DNA of 64,000 bases from assembly GCF_009914755.1 (NCBI RefSeq), contig NC_060931.1; one strand, given 5' to 3'. Source of the stretch: the human T2T-CHM13v2.0 reference genome, Homo sapiens. The position numbers and the translations under genes were made by a program. The notes below the pieces were generated by a model. It worked only from the letters and a program-made list of their open reading frames with translations. It was not told the DNA's origin and ran no database searches. Below, one piece after another: positions 1-16,485 of the stretch; within the stretch, counting starts at the first letter, position 1, and each line of letters starts with the position of its first letter.

Positions 1-1304
1 GCAAGTCCCTGTGACATTAAATAGTGGTTGGATTACATGGCTGGGTTCTTGAGGAGATTACCTCTGCCTTCTGCAGAGTATGAAGGCTATATTTAGAACT
101 AGTGTTGATTTCACTGTTTGGAGTATTGTCTTTAAAAAAATAAAATTGTATACTGTGAAAACATTTTCTAGGTGGAATTTAAGGGGAATCATGTATAGTG
201 AAAACCCAAAATAGTCAGTGAAAGTCTTCTATGAATACAAGTGGACTATCCTCTCTTATAACTATGTTAAATGTAACAAATCATCACTGGAATTGCTCTG
301 AAAGAAAGAGCATAATGCTAGGGGTTGTGGATGACTTAAAGCTTTCATGCTCCTTTTCTCTTTTAGGGAGTATCCTCTAAAGCATGCTATACACAAGAAA
401 AATAATCACGCACATTTCCTAAATTCTAGGTAAGCTAGAACTCTCCCAAAGCAGGGCTTCCTGGTAAGATAGAAGCAGAAGCTTCTTCCTTCCTACTTTC
501 TGCTTATGGAACACCTCGGTCTTTCAAACAGACTCTAAATCTCCTTACCTAATCAGTTTCATGGAGTGAGGGTTACCTTACATTTCCAACCACAGGCAGA
601 GACACTAGAACAAAAAGGACTTGTGTGGGCAGCCTTGCCTCTGTGGCAAATATTTTCATGCATGCTTTCTATAAGGAGGATAAAATGTAAGAAAAATGGT
701 GTTACAAAAAATAGTATAAATCCTTTCAGTAGATAATGAGATGAAAGGAGGAAACGCTCCCATATGGCTGCATTAAGGCCCAGGAATACTGCCCCCTTGG
801 AAAGGACTGCCACAGGTTATCACCAATTACATTATTAGCCCTCCTTTGGTGAAAAGTTAGTAAGAGAATGAATATAAGATTGAAAGAAATCTCCTCGGTA
901 CTTCCCTGAATGTGAAAAAAGGTATAAGCATCCAATTTTGTTATAGCAGAAAGTGATTTTATATTTATATATGTTTATATTTTTATAAGACCAAAGTATG
1001 AACAAAAGGGAATAAATAGTTCTGTTACACAACTATATCCAATGAAGTTGTGGTGAGAGTTGTCCTGAAAATTAGCACTAGAGTTACAAACACATTTAAA
1101 ATGTATTGTCTATATAACTATATTTTACCTTCTTAAGTAGTAAGAAGTAAAACAAATATTAGGAAAAATGTTAGTAAAAGGGTAATTATTACATCTAAAC
1201 ATTAAAAAACACAACAAACTTTTTCTACAAAAATGTATAATTTACAGTCAAAAGTTGTGAGACACAAAGAATTAATTAAAAGAAAACTTAGTCACCAATA
1301 TAGC

Positions 1305-1550
1305 TAGTGATAGTAGTTATTCATTGGACATGCAATGCCAACCCCTTGGTTAAGGCCTTTACTTATCTCCATTAATCCTTGAGAATTATATGCCATAGCA
1401 GACAGTCTTAGTGCAGTATTCTTATTTTACAATGGAAAAAGTAGAGGCTCAGAAAAGTTAAATAACTTGGCCAAAGGCACACAGACATAAATGTAGGAAC
1501 TGGGGCTGATGGGTGTCAATTTCCACATTAATATCTGCTAGTCTGACTAT
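1305..1550 (-). mobile_element. MIR SINE remnant
   Basis: Core 'attttacaatggaaaaagtagaggctcagaaaagttaaataacttggccaaaggcacacag' matches the reverse-complement MIR core. Confidence 0.75.
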
Positions 1551-2529
1551 TTAACACATTTATCAAAGTTTCACCAAAAGGTGTAAAGGTGAAAAGTGGC
1601 TGTGAAAATTAGTTCTGAAGAATCTTTAATAAGAGAAAAGACAAGCACTCCATTGGTTAGCTTAAAATTATTTTCTAAGAAAGTTTCCTGGGAGAAAGAC
1701 TCCCTTGAATTCTCTTTCATTGCATAAATTTGAGGAAAGTTCACGTTTGAAAGTCTAATGCAAAATTTTAACCACCACAGTTCAGTTTTGAGTAATTTCT
1801 GCATATATTTTAACAGTCACAATGATACAAAACAGGAAGAAAAACGTAATGTCAAAGCTGTTATTTCTAGGATTTCAGAGATTAGTTTCTGGATGAATCC
1901 AATATGCTTGAGCCAATAATGCTCCAAGCAAAACAAATTAAATTTCATTAGGTCTTTCCAGGCCTCAGGACAAGTGAAAATTCTGTGTGATACTTGTCTC
2001 ATGCAATGTCATGCTTCATGGACCAGCACCATAAAAAGCAAAGGATATTTGGATTGTCTATTTTATCAGAGCTTTGGGTATAAAATTTTGATCTGGATGA
2101 TTACAGACAAAGCACACACCCCAGAGAGGGTGCTGATCTATGCATAGAAGCTATATATTTCTCCTAAGTGAATGTAGGTTATCTCAACTTTCTGAATGAC
2201 TGAACTTTCAAGGCAATCATCATCACTAGCTCTTAAAATGCTACTGACACAGTCCTAACTCTTATAGTAGAAAATATGACCAACACTCTGGTAATTTCCA
2301 CCAGTTCTGCCCAGTTGAAGAACCATGCTCTTGTTTCCAATTGCTTGTTAGGAAACGTCAGTTATTTTATTACAGAATATTTAAAAGGCAATAGTAGTTG
2401 TAGTGGTAACAACAGTAGTTTTAAATAACTAAAGCCACTCTATGACAACTAAGGAAAGAATTATGTAGTTTGACAAGTCATTTTAAGCATAATCGAATGC
2501 ATATCTAACTGCAGCATATAGTGATAAAT

Positions 2530-3480
2530 TCATCCATTCCACTCAGTGAATGGTGGTAAAATAAATCATGGTAACAAGACAAGTATGATTCCTGCCTTCA
2601 TGGAACTTATAATAAGGGGGGGGGGGCAGAAAATAAGCTAGTAAAAAAATGAACATATTAATTAATCAATAATTACAAATTGCAATAAGTGATATGATAG
2701 AAAGAAGGTGATGTGATAGAAAGCGAAGAACTGAATTCTGCTACTCTTGACAATATGGGCAGAAGCCTTTCTGACGAAGTAGCAGTTTAGCTTGCTACAA
2801 GCCTGGAGAAGAGCATTTCCAGGCACATAGAGCAGAGAATTGAAAAGGTTCTAAGGCATGTAAGAGTTTTTCTTGCTCAGGGAACAGAATAGAAGTCATT
2901 GTGTTTGGGAGTGGGAATGATGACATTGGACCTGCAGCAGGAGCTGGATATTGCATGGGATGTAAGGCAAGGTAACCTCAATTTTTATATTATTAGACAA
3001 GATTTCATTCTACATGCAATGGAAGACATTGGCAGTTTTGAAGGAAATTGTGAATTTGATTGACATTTTTAAGTTCAGCCTGACTGGCAAGTGAAGAATT
3101 GAGTTGAAAACACGAAAAGTTACGACAGGAGTCTAGCCAAGAGATAATGCCGAGATAATGTTTGAATCAGAATAATGGCAAAGATGACACAGAAAAGATG
3201 ATAGATCCAAAACATGTTTTTAGCAGAACTGATAGACTCTAGTGAACATTAGATGGGGAAGGTAAGGGAAAGGAAATGACTCCTAAAGTTTTGGTTTGAG
3301 AAACTGGGTGATCACGGCACCATTTATACGAATGGAGAAGGTTAAGCGAGGAATAAAATTTGAGTTCTGTTTTGAATATTTCAGTTTCTGATATCTGTTG
3401 GATAGCCACATAAAATGTCAAGTAAGTACTTAGACATACAAATCTTGAGACTAGAGAACATCTAAGCACTACACTAAACA
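2530..3480 (-). mobile_element. L2 (L2a-like) LINE 3' remnant; contains a G11 run at 2616-2626
   Basis: Typical antisense L2 motifs: 'cctgccttcatggaacttata', 'gcatttccaggca', 'aatgactcctaaagttttggtttgagaaactggg', 'gagttctgttttgaatat'. Confidence 0.75.
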
Positions 3481-3736
3481 TGAGAAAAACACTCTGCAAA
3501 AAGACCCTGCATCATTTGCTCGTAAGTGATCTCGTGAACGATGAATTCCTCCACTTATGCTCTAGGACATCACCTTGAAGAGAGAAGCAAGAAGACAAAA
3601 CGGCCACTCCAGAAACTGAGCTATTCCTAGAAAGTCTAATATTATGTTAACTTAATCACTATTTCAATTATTATAAATGTAAATGACACTGGACATTTAG
3701 TTAATTTTTTTCCTGCTAAAGAGTGAGTGGGACCTT

Positions 3737-4045
<309 letters not shown>

Positions 4046-4629
4046 GTCAGTGGGGACTTTTATGGAAGTACAGATAATCGATTAAAAAGATAAAGGAATT
4101 TTATTTTTATTTGAATATCTAGAATGTAGTATGAGTTACATTTGCATATGTCATATAAAAATAATTCTGGGTGCAGAAACTTCCTTTCTGTCACAGGTAA
4201 CTTCTCTTGATGAAATCTCAGTACTGGGCAGGCAGTTGTGCCATCAGGAATGGCACTGGGCAGGGTGCAATGGTGAATACCAGATATCGCTACTTGTTAT
4301 GACATTTCCTTGCTTTTGGCAATTACTCTGCGCAGGTCAAAACTACATGTTAAATCAATTCTTAACAAGCTGCACTACTGATCTTAGCAAGTGCAAAGAG
4401 TGTTAATTATTGTAGGTTAGCACAATCATTGTGGAGCTTCAGATATTTCAGATAAGATTCTAAATGTCCCTGTGAAACAGAAAACTCTTTAAGCTTCTGT
4501 ATCACTGTTAAAAATCTCTGCACCTTCCACCTCAGGATAAAGATTCTCAAACCCATTTCTACTTTATCTGGAGTCCAAAAATACTATATCAAAGCAAGTG
4601 CTGGGGTATATAGCTGTGCATTCTGTAGC

Positions 4630-4847
4630 ATGTATGTTCACCGAGTTCTTACTAAGTAACCACTACGATAATGCGCTTTACAAATGTTACATCATTTGGT
4701 TCTTACAACAGCCACATAAAATAGATAGTACTGTACACATGTTGCAGTGCTGAAGCTGATAGAGATTAAACCCCAATTCAAACAATTTATGGTGTCAGTG
4801 TTGCAAGATAAACCCAGGTCCTTCTGACTCCAAAGCCCATGATCTAA
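4630..4847 (-). mobile_element. MIR remnant
   Basis: 'tcttacaacagccacataaaatagatagta' and 'aacccaggtccttctgactccaaagcccatg'. Confidence 0.65.
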
Positions 4848-5249
4848 GACTTTAATGAAGAGAATGTTATGAGATCAGATTGGGATCTTATTGAGTGGAG
4901 TATGAGATGAAGAGGTTCCAGAATACCCTCTATGCTGCACTTTAATTGTGGATCTATTTAATCATTCAGACACACAAAATCTTATATTGCTTTGTCAATG
5001 AAGCTTTGGTCAAATGTCTGGGAAGATGTGTCAACCACTTTATTGGAAGTTAAGCCTGACTGATTAATTGGCTTATCAGAAAGCTATATGGCGAAAATAA
5101 TATTAGGTCAATCAAATTTTATTATAAAGAGAAAGTGGCTCACTCAATTCCTGGCAATTCATATTCTGCATCTTCTACCCTTGCCCCATTAATTCCAATA
5201 TTACTTCTCTGTACAGACTTTACTGAGCTCATTCAACTCCAGGGATAGG

Positions 5250-5475
5250 TATACCTGGAGGTGTTTTTTTCAGTATCTTGTACATGAATTTTACCGTAAT
5301 ACTTATCCCATTATATTTTCAAATTGGTGTCTAATTTCACACTAAATTGCCTGTTTCTTCACCACAGCGATTTCTGGGCCTTATTTGACTTTAAATCCTT
5401 AATGTCTATTCTAGAATTTGATATATGTTAAATTCCTGAGAGTATTGTAGGAATATATGAGTGAATGAATGAACC
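5250..5475 (+). mobile_element. L2 3' terminus remnant
   Basis: Ends in the L2-type tail 'tgagtgaatgaatgaa'; body highly decayed. Confidence 0.4.
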
Positions 5476-6067
5476 AACCAAATAAATTGAGCTTCAGGAT
5501 AATTATCTTGGACATCTTATAAAAAGAAAAGCTGGGCAATTTAATCACTCGTTCAGTCAGTGATGAATTTGCAAGTGGTATAGGTCTAGCTTAGGAATTT
5601 TACAGTCTTTCAGTACTTCTGATTAAGTGATAAATCAGGAGAAAAAAATTATCACATCAAGAGATTGTCATCATCATGAAAGAAACAATTTGTAAAGACA
5701 CCTTTTTCTGAAGACTCAAAGAATATTGATGCAGGCTTCTTGTGGATAACTTTAATGCATATTAAACTTACTTTGTCAGTGCAAACTAACCTATTTTTAA
5801 ACATGTACATTGGATCAGAGTGTTTACATATAACGTTGTGTTAATTTTTTAGGCAGATATCTACATTTTAAGATGCTGTGCCCACTACTGTGATTTCCAA
5901 ATTTTCTGCCATCTGTTGCTACTGCAATTTACCTACAGGGATTTTTGAAAGCTTGCAGACTAATTAAAACTTCATAATTTTCATCTGAAATGTTGTCTGT
6001 GCTATTATCTTTAAATGTACTTTTCCCAGGTAACTTCTTGAACCATATTACTATTTTTCTTTTGCAG

Positions 6068-6169
6068 AACTTTCAGATGACTTTATTGGAGGAAAGACAT
6101 TTTTCTGCAACTTTATAACTTTTCCGGCTGTCTATCCTAAAGCCAACATGACAGCATGTACTCCAAAAG
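6068..6169 (+). other. Candidate cassette exon (102 nt, phase 1-1), host transcript unknown
   Basis: ctatttttcttttgcag| ... aaaag|gtatag; one open frame (xLSDDFIGGKTFFCNFITFPAVYPKANMTACTPK) with no protein I recognise. Confidence 0.2.
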
Positions 6170-6290
6170 GTATAGATTTTTATCTCATTAAAATTAAAGC
6201 AGTTTTAAAGAATACACTTACAAGTTGAGTTCCTGAGATAGAAAAAGATAAAACATATCAATTTTATTTTAATAGTTCTATTGACGTATA

Positions 6291-6398
6291 ACTACAAACA
6301 ATAAATGGCATATATTTCAAATGTACAATTTGATAAGCTTTGACTACAAACAATAAATGGCATATATTTCAAATGTACAATTTGATAAGCTTTGACTA
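6291..6398. repeat. Perfect 52-bp tandem duplication
   Basis: actacaaacaataaatggcatatatttcaaatgtacaatttgataagctttg at 6291-6342 and 6343-6394, followed by acta. Confidence 0.97.
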
Positions 6399-6928
6399 TG
6401 TACATATTATACCTGTAAAGTTATCACCACATCCAAGAGATTAAACATATTCATCCTCCCAAAATTTCCTAATGTACTTTTCTCAATTATCTCTTCTGCA
6501 TCATCCCCTGACCCATTCCTTAGGCAGTCACTGATCCACTTTCTCTCAGTATGGATTAGTTTGTATTTTAAGAATTCTATGTAAATAGAATCATGCAGTA
6601 TGTATTCCTTTTTGTCTGGCTTCCCTCATTCAGCCTGTTTTGAGAATCATCCATGTTGTTAGGTGTATCAAGTTTGTTCATTCCTTTTTATTGCTGAGTA
6701 GTATTTCATTGCATATAAATATACCACAATTTCTTTACTCATTCCTCTGCTGCTAACATTTGGGTGTTTCCAGATTGTTTTCAATACAAATAAAACTGCA
6801 TTTCAATACAAATAAAGCTACATTTATGTACCGGTATTTGTATGAATACGGTTTATTCTTTTGGGTAAGCACCTATAAGTGGAATAGCTGGATCATATGT
6901 ATGTGTACTATTTTAAGAAACTGTCAGA

Positions 6929-7268
6929 GAATACAAAGTAGCAGATACAGTACTCCCCACTTATTTGCAGAGGATATGTCCCAGGATCCCCAGTGGGTGC
7001 CTGAAACCACAAATAGTGCTGAACCCAATGACATCTCCCCATTTCTTCCACCACCACTCGCTTCCTGCCCCTGGTAATCACTGTTTTATTCTCTATCTCT
7101 GTACTCAACTCTTTTAAGATTCCACTATGTATATGAGATTAGGCAATCAATAAGATAAACTCTTCAAGCCTATGTCTTGAAGAGTTTATCAAAAATATAC
7201 ATGGTCTCTAGGCCCATAGGAGAACATGGTTCAGAAGCATCAATAAAAATTCCCATTTATAGTGTGAA
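6929..7268 (+). mobile_element. Orphan retrotransposed insert (MER44 end + L1MA fragment + unique 3' end with AATAAA and A-tract)
   Basis: TSD aagaaactgtcaga (6915-6928) / aaaaaactgtcaaa (7269-7282); TT|AAGA target; AATAAA at 7242-7247; A-run at 7267-7274. Confidence 0.6.
6948..7026 (-). mobile_element. MER44/Tigger7 terminal fragment
   Basis: TA followed by a CAGTA.TCCCC.CTTAT TIR; 'ccccagtgggtgcctgaaacc'. Confidence 0.8.
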
Positions 7269-7282
7269 AAAAAACTGTCAAA

Positions 7283-7405
7283 TTTTTTTTTAATTTAATT
7301 TTTTTTTTAAGTTCCAGGATATATATATGCAGGATGTGCAGGTTTGTTACATAGGTAAACATGTGCCATGGTGGTTTGCTACACCTATCAACCTCACCTT
7401 GGTAT
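7283..7405 (-). mobile_element. Short L1PA (approx. PA10-PA15) 3' end
   Basis: Poly-T, then 'gcaggatgtgcaggtttgttacataggtaaacatgtgccatggtggtttg'. Confidence 0.8.
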
Positions 7406-8055
7406 GTTTTCAGAAGTGGTAGTACCACTCCACATTCCAGCAAGAAGTCTCTAAGGATTCCAGCTTCTCCGCAACATTGCCAACACTTGGTGTGAAATTT
7501 TAGCCATGAGAATAGGTATGTAGATATCGTTGTGCTTTTAATTTGCATTTAATAACAATGTAGAACGTCTTCTTCGGAGCTTGTCATCCATTTATCTTCT
7601 TTAATGAAGTGCCTAACTGCTAATGACTAGAACTTTCAGAACAAGGTTAAGTAGAAGTGGTGAGAGTGCTCATCCTTGTCTTATTCCTGATAATGAGGGA
7701 AAAGCAGTGTCCTTACCACCAAATTATGTATGGCATACCATAGCTTTTTCAGTAAGTGCCATTTGTCATGTTTTGGGAGTTTCCTTCTATTGCTAGTTTG
7801 ATGAGACTTTATTTTTAAAAATCAGGAATAGAGACTGGATTTTGTCAAATGCCATTTCTATGGCTATTGAGATAATCATATGGCTCTTTTTTACTTTATT
7901 AACATGGTGATTCACATTGATTGATTTTTGAGTGCTAGCCCAAGCCTGCATTCCTGAGATAAACCCCACTTGCTCATGATATTTTATCTTTTTTATATAT
8001 TGTCAGGTTTAATTTGCAAGCATATTGTTGAGAATCTCTGTATTTGTGCTTATGA

Positions 8056-8331
<276 letters not shown>

Positions 8332-8389
8332 TGAGCTGAAAAATATTCCCTTATCTTTGATTTTCTAGATTTTGTATAAAATTGATATT

Positions 8390-8660
8390 ATTTATTTAAT
8401 TTTTTATTATTATACTTTAAATTCTAGGATACACGTGCAGAACGTGCAGGTTTGTTACATAGGTATACAATGTGCCATGGTTGTTTGCTGCACTCATCAA
8501 CCCGTCATCTACATTAGGCATTTCTTCTAATGCTATCCCGCCCCTGGCCCCCTATCCTACAACAGGCCCCAGTGTGTGATGTTTGCCTCCCTGTGTCCAT
8601 GTGTTCTCATTGTTCAACTCCCACTTGTAAGTGAGAACATGTGGTGTTTGGTTTTCTCTT
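8390..8660 (-). mobile_element. L1PA7/8 3' fragment
   Basis: 'tattattatactttaa' and 'catcaacccgtcatctacattagg'. Confidence 0.9.
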
Positions 8661-8734
8661 CTTTAAATATTTGGTAGAATTTACAATAAAGCCATCGGGG
8701 GTGGGATTTTCTTTGTAGGAAAATTTTTTAATTT

Positions 8735-9050
<316 letters not shown>

Positions 9051-9370
9051 TGATGTTTTAATTTCAAATTCAACTGCTTTAATAAATATGGGGGTATTAA
9101 ATTTATCTATTTCTGTGAGTTTTGGTTGTTTGTATCTTTCAAGGGATTTGTCTACTGTATCTAAGTTGTTGAATTTATATCCATTAGGTTCCTGATAATA
9201 TTTCCTCATTGTTTTTAGTAATTATAGAATCTGTGGTCATGTCACTACTCTTATTCCAGAAATGAGTAATTTATTTTCTCCCTTTTTTTCCCTAAGTTGT
9301 CTAGCTAAAGGTTTATTAAGAAAATTGATATCAAAGAACCAGCTTTTGGTTTCATTGACTTTCTCCGCTG

Positions 9371-13419
<4,049 letters not shown>

Positions 13420-14192
13420 ATTAATATTTTGATTTTTATTATTTCTCTTCCTCTGTTTAGCTTGGATTTAATTTTCTGTTTTTACCCCAGTTTTATTGAG
13501 GTGAAAGTAGAAATCGTTGACTTGAGAATTTTTTTATATCATAGGTGTTCATTGCTATAAATTTCCCCTAACTAGTTTTGTGTCATTCACACAATGTAAT
13601 ATACTATATTGTCATTTTTATTTAGTTCAAGATTATTTCTAATTTTAAAAAATTCATTTTCCCATGGATAATTAGAAGTATGTAATCTAATTTCCAAATG
13701 TTTGGGTATTTTTCAGAGTTCTTTTGGTTATTAATTTATAATATTTTCATTGTGGTAAGAAACATATTTTGTATAAGTGGATCTTACTACATTTATTGAG
13801 ATATGTTTTATGGGACAAAACATGGTTTATCTTTGTAAATGTTCTGTATGTACATTAGAAGGATGTGTCTTCTGCTGTTGTAGGGTGATTGTTCTATAAA
13901 TGTTAGTTAGATCAAGTTGGTTGATAATTGTGTTTAAGTCTATGATGTAGAAGTTTATTTTTAATTACTTGTTCTATCAATTATTCAAAGAAGGATACTT
14001 AACTGTAACTATAGTTTGAATGTATCTATTATCTTCTCACAGCTCTGCCAGCCTTTGTTTCATTCATTTCAAAGCTCTGTGATTAGGGGTATAAACATTT
14101 ACAGTTTTATTGATGAATTAATTAACCCTTTTATCATTATTGATGACACCCTTTATCCCTGGTAATATTCTTTCTTTTAAAATCTACTTTGA

Positions 14193-14620
14193 GACAAATG
14201 CCACATAAACTCACCTATATGTGGAGTATAAAACAACTGAACACTCATAAGAATCAGAGAGTAGAATGGTAATTATTAGAGGTCGGGGATGAAGGGGATG
14301 TGGAAAGGGTGAGTTAAACCCTTTAAAACCATTTAAAACTGTTGGTTAAAAAGCATAAAGTTTCTGTTAGGAGAAAAGTGTTTTTTGAGATTATTGTAAA
14401 GCATGATAACCATAGTTAATAATAATGTATCATATATCTTAAAATTACTAAGAGAGTCAATTTCAAATATTCTCCTCACCAAAAAAAAAGATGTGTATTT
14501 GAGGTGACGGGTGTGTTAATTACCTTGATTTAATCATGCCGCATTGTATACATATGACATAACATCACCTTTTACCTCATAAATATATACAATTATAATT
14601 TGTCAATTTAAAATTAAAAA
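14193..14620 (+). mobile_element. L1MA (L1MA8-like) 3' end; its insertion extends to ~15102 through a 3' transduction
   Basis: 'gagagtagaatggtaattattagagg' and 'aaatatatacaattataatttgtcaatttaaa'; TSD aaaatctactttga at 14179-14192 and 15103-15116. Confidence 0.85.
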
Positions 14621-15124
14621 ATCATGGTCTCTGTTGAACAATGATGTCTACCTTCCTGAATCCCTTTCTGTGCATACATATATATTTAAGTATCTTTTTA
14701 ATTTTAATTTTTTAACTTGAAAACACATTATGTACAATTTGATTGCCTTCTTATTTTGTTTTTCATTTCAATGGATACTTTTATGTGACTACATTTTAAT
14801 TTATTGACTGCATAAGTTTATGGTTCCTGGGCATAGCACAAAATTCTTGTTTCCCTTCTAGCATTTAGGCTATTTAAAAAATTTTAGTATTCTAATGGCT
14901 CAGACTTACAGAATTAGCTAAAAGTACTTAGGAGAAACAGCACAACCATCTGAAAAATTCCCAAACCAGACACAAATTATTAAAGTTGCATAAAGATTGA
15001 GAAATTGCTGAATGAGGAATTGTGTAAAAGTTATTGAGAACATATTGACCACTTTGTTGTTTTGACTAATCACCATTTACATTAAATTATTTTTAACCAA
15101 AAAAAATCTACTTTGAATACATAT

Positions 15125-15200
15125 TTTATATGTGAGAAATATGTATGTGTATGTATATATATAATCTATATATAGAGATATATAGATATCTCTCTATATA
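15125..15200. repeat. (TA)/(GA)-rich low-complexity tract
   Basis: atatatatataatctatatatagagatatatagatatctctctatata. Confidence 0.8.
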
Positions 15201-15657
15201 TGAGAAACACACATTCACCTGTCCAAATCCAAGGAATGGACTCGGAGATAGGAAGCACAGCAGAAGCAAGACTTTTAATGGCAGTCTTGCAAGATCAGGT
15301 GTCTGGTAGGCAGACACACCCGGGGCTGTTACAACAGATAATTTATCTCTTGGCATGCAGGTTCCTCCCCCAGTTCCTCACTAGTTGAGTACTATGGGAT
15401 TACAATCTTCCCGGACATCATCTAAGTTTCATTATCTCCCTTATAAGGTTATAACCTGGTCCCCTTCCCCGTTTAAGTTTCAATTTCCCAATAACGAAAC
15501 TTTCTTCCCTTTTATGGGCTAACTCCTCCTCTACATTCTGTTCACTCATTGTGACCTTCTAGGTGCATAAGCCATGCTGTTTGTTACATTCACAGGCTGG
15601 CTGCCAATACTTAGACTTATCATGCCTTGGAAATGGACCATTTAAAATGTTTTCTCA
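15201..15657 (-). mobile_element. Solo ERV LTR (ERVL, LTR32-like)
   Basis: TGAGAAA...TTTCTCA termini; 457 bp; ATTAAA on the minus strand ('ttttaat'); flanked by TATA. Confidence 0.7.
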
Positions 15658-15763
15658 TATATAATATGTGTACAGCCACTCCACCAGCTTTCTTTGATTA
15701 TTGTTAGCTTGGCATATATACAAATATATATATAAATAGAAATATAAATATATATATATTTAT

Positions 15764-16138
15764 TCATATGGTTTGGCTGTGTCCTCACCCAAAATCTCAT
15801 CTTGAATTGTAGTCCCCATAATCCCCACGTGGCAAGGAAGAGACCAGGTGGAAGTAATTGAATCATGGAGGCAGTTTCCCCCATGCTGCTCTCATGATAG
15901 TGAGTGAGTTCTCACCAGATCTGATGGTTTTATAAAGGGCTCTCCCGCCTTTGCTAGGCACTTCTTCCTGACACATTGTGAAGAAGATACATTGCTTTCC
16001 CGTCAGCTTCCTCCTTGATTGTAAGTGTCCCCAAGACTCCCCAGTTATACTGAACTGTGAGTCAGTTAAACCTCTTTCCTTTATAAATTACCCAGTCTCA
16101 GGTATGTCTTTATAGCAGTGTGAGAACAGACTAATACA
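15764..16138 (+). mobile_element. THE1D-like MaLR solo LTR
   Basis: 'atatggtttggctgtgtcc' ... 'aaattacccagtctcaggtatgtctttatagcag' ... 'ctaataca'. Confidence 0.9.
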
Positions 16139-16485
16139 CGTATTTTTTTTCTTATCCTTTTACTTTTCGCTTATTTTTCTCTTTATATTTTAAGTATGTT
16201 TCCTTTAGGCAGCATTTAGTTTTTTAACCGAATCTGGCAACGTTTGCTTTTTAATTTGAGTGTTCAGATCATTTAAATTTAATGTGATTATTAATATTGC
16301 TAGGTTTAAGTCTATCATCTTGTTATTTTTTATTGGCCGCATTTCTTCTTTGCTCCTTTTTTGTTTTTTAAATAATTTTATTTTATCACATTTGTTGCCT
16401 TATTATACCTCTGTTTTGTTATCTTAGTCATTGCTTAATGATCTATGATAAACATCCTTCATAGCCTACCCTCAAGTGATATACC

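Noticed and set aside
3566-3630. Possible terminal coding exon (GHHLEERSKKTKRPLQKLSYS*)
   Set aside because: Weak acceptor, no recognisable protein and no supporting upstream exons
4131-4406. 91-aa ORF in unique DNA
   Set aside because: No recognisable domain; length within chance expectation
6291-6398. CRISPR-like repeat
   Set aside because: Only two adjacent units with no spacers, in a eukaryotic L1 context
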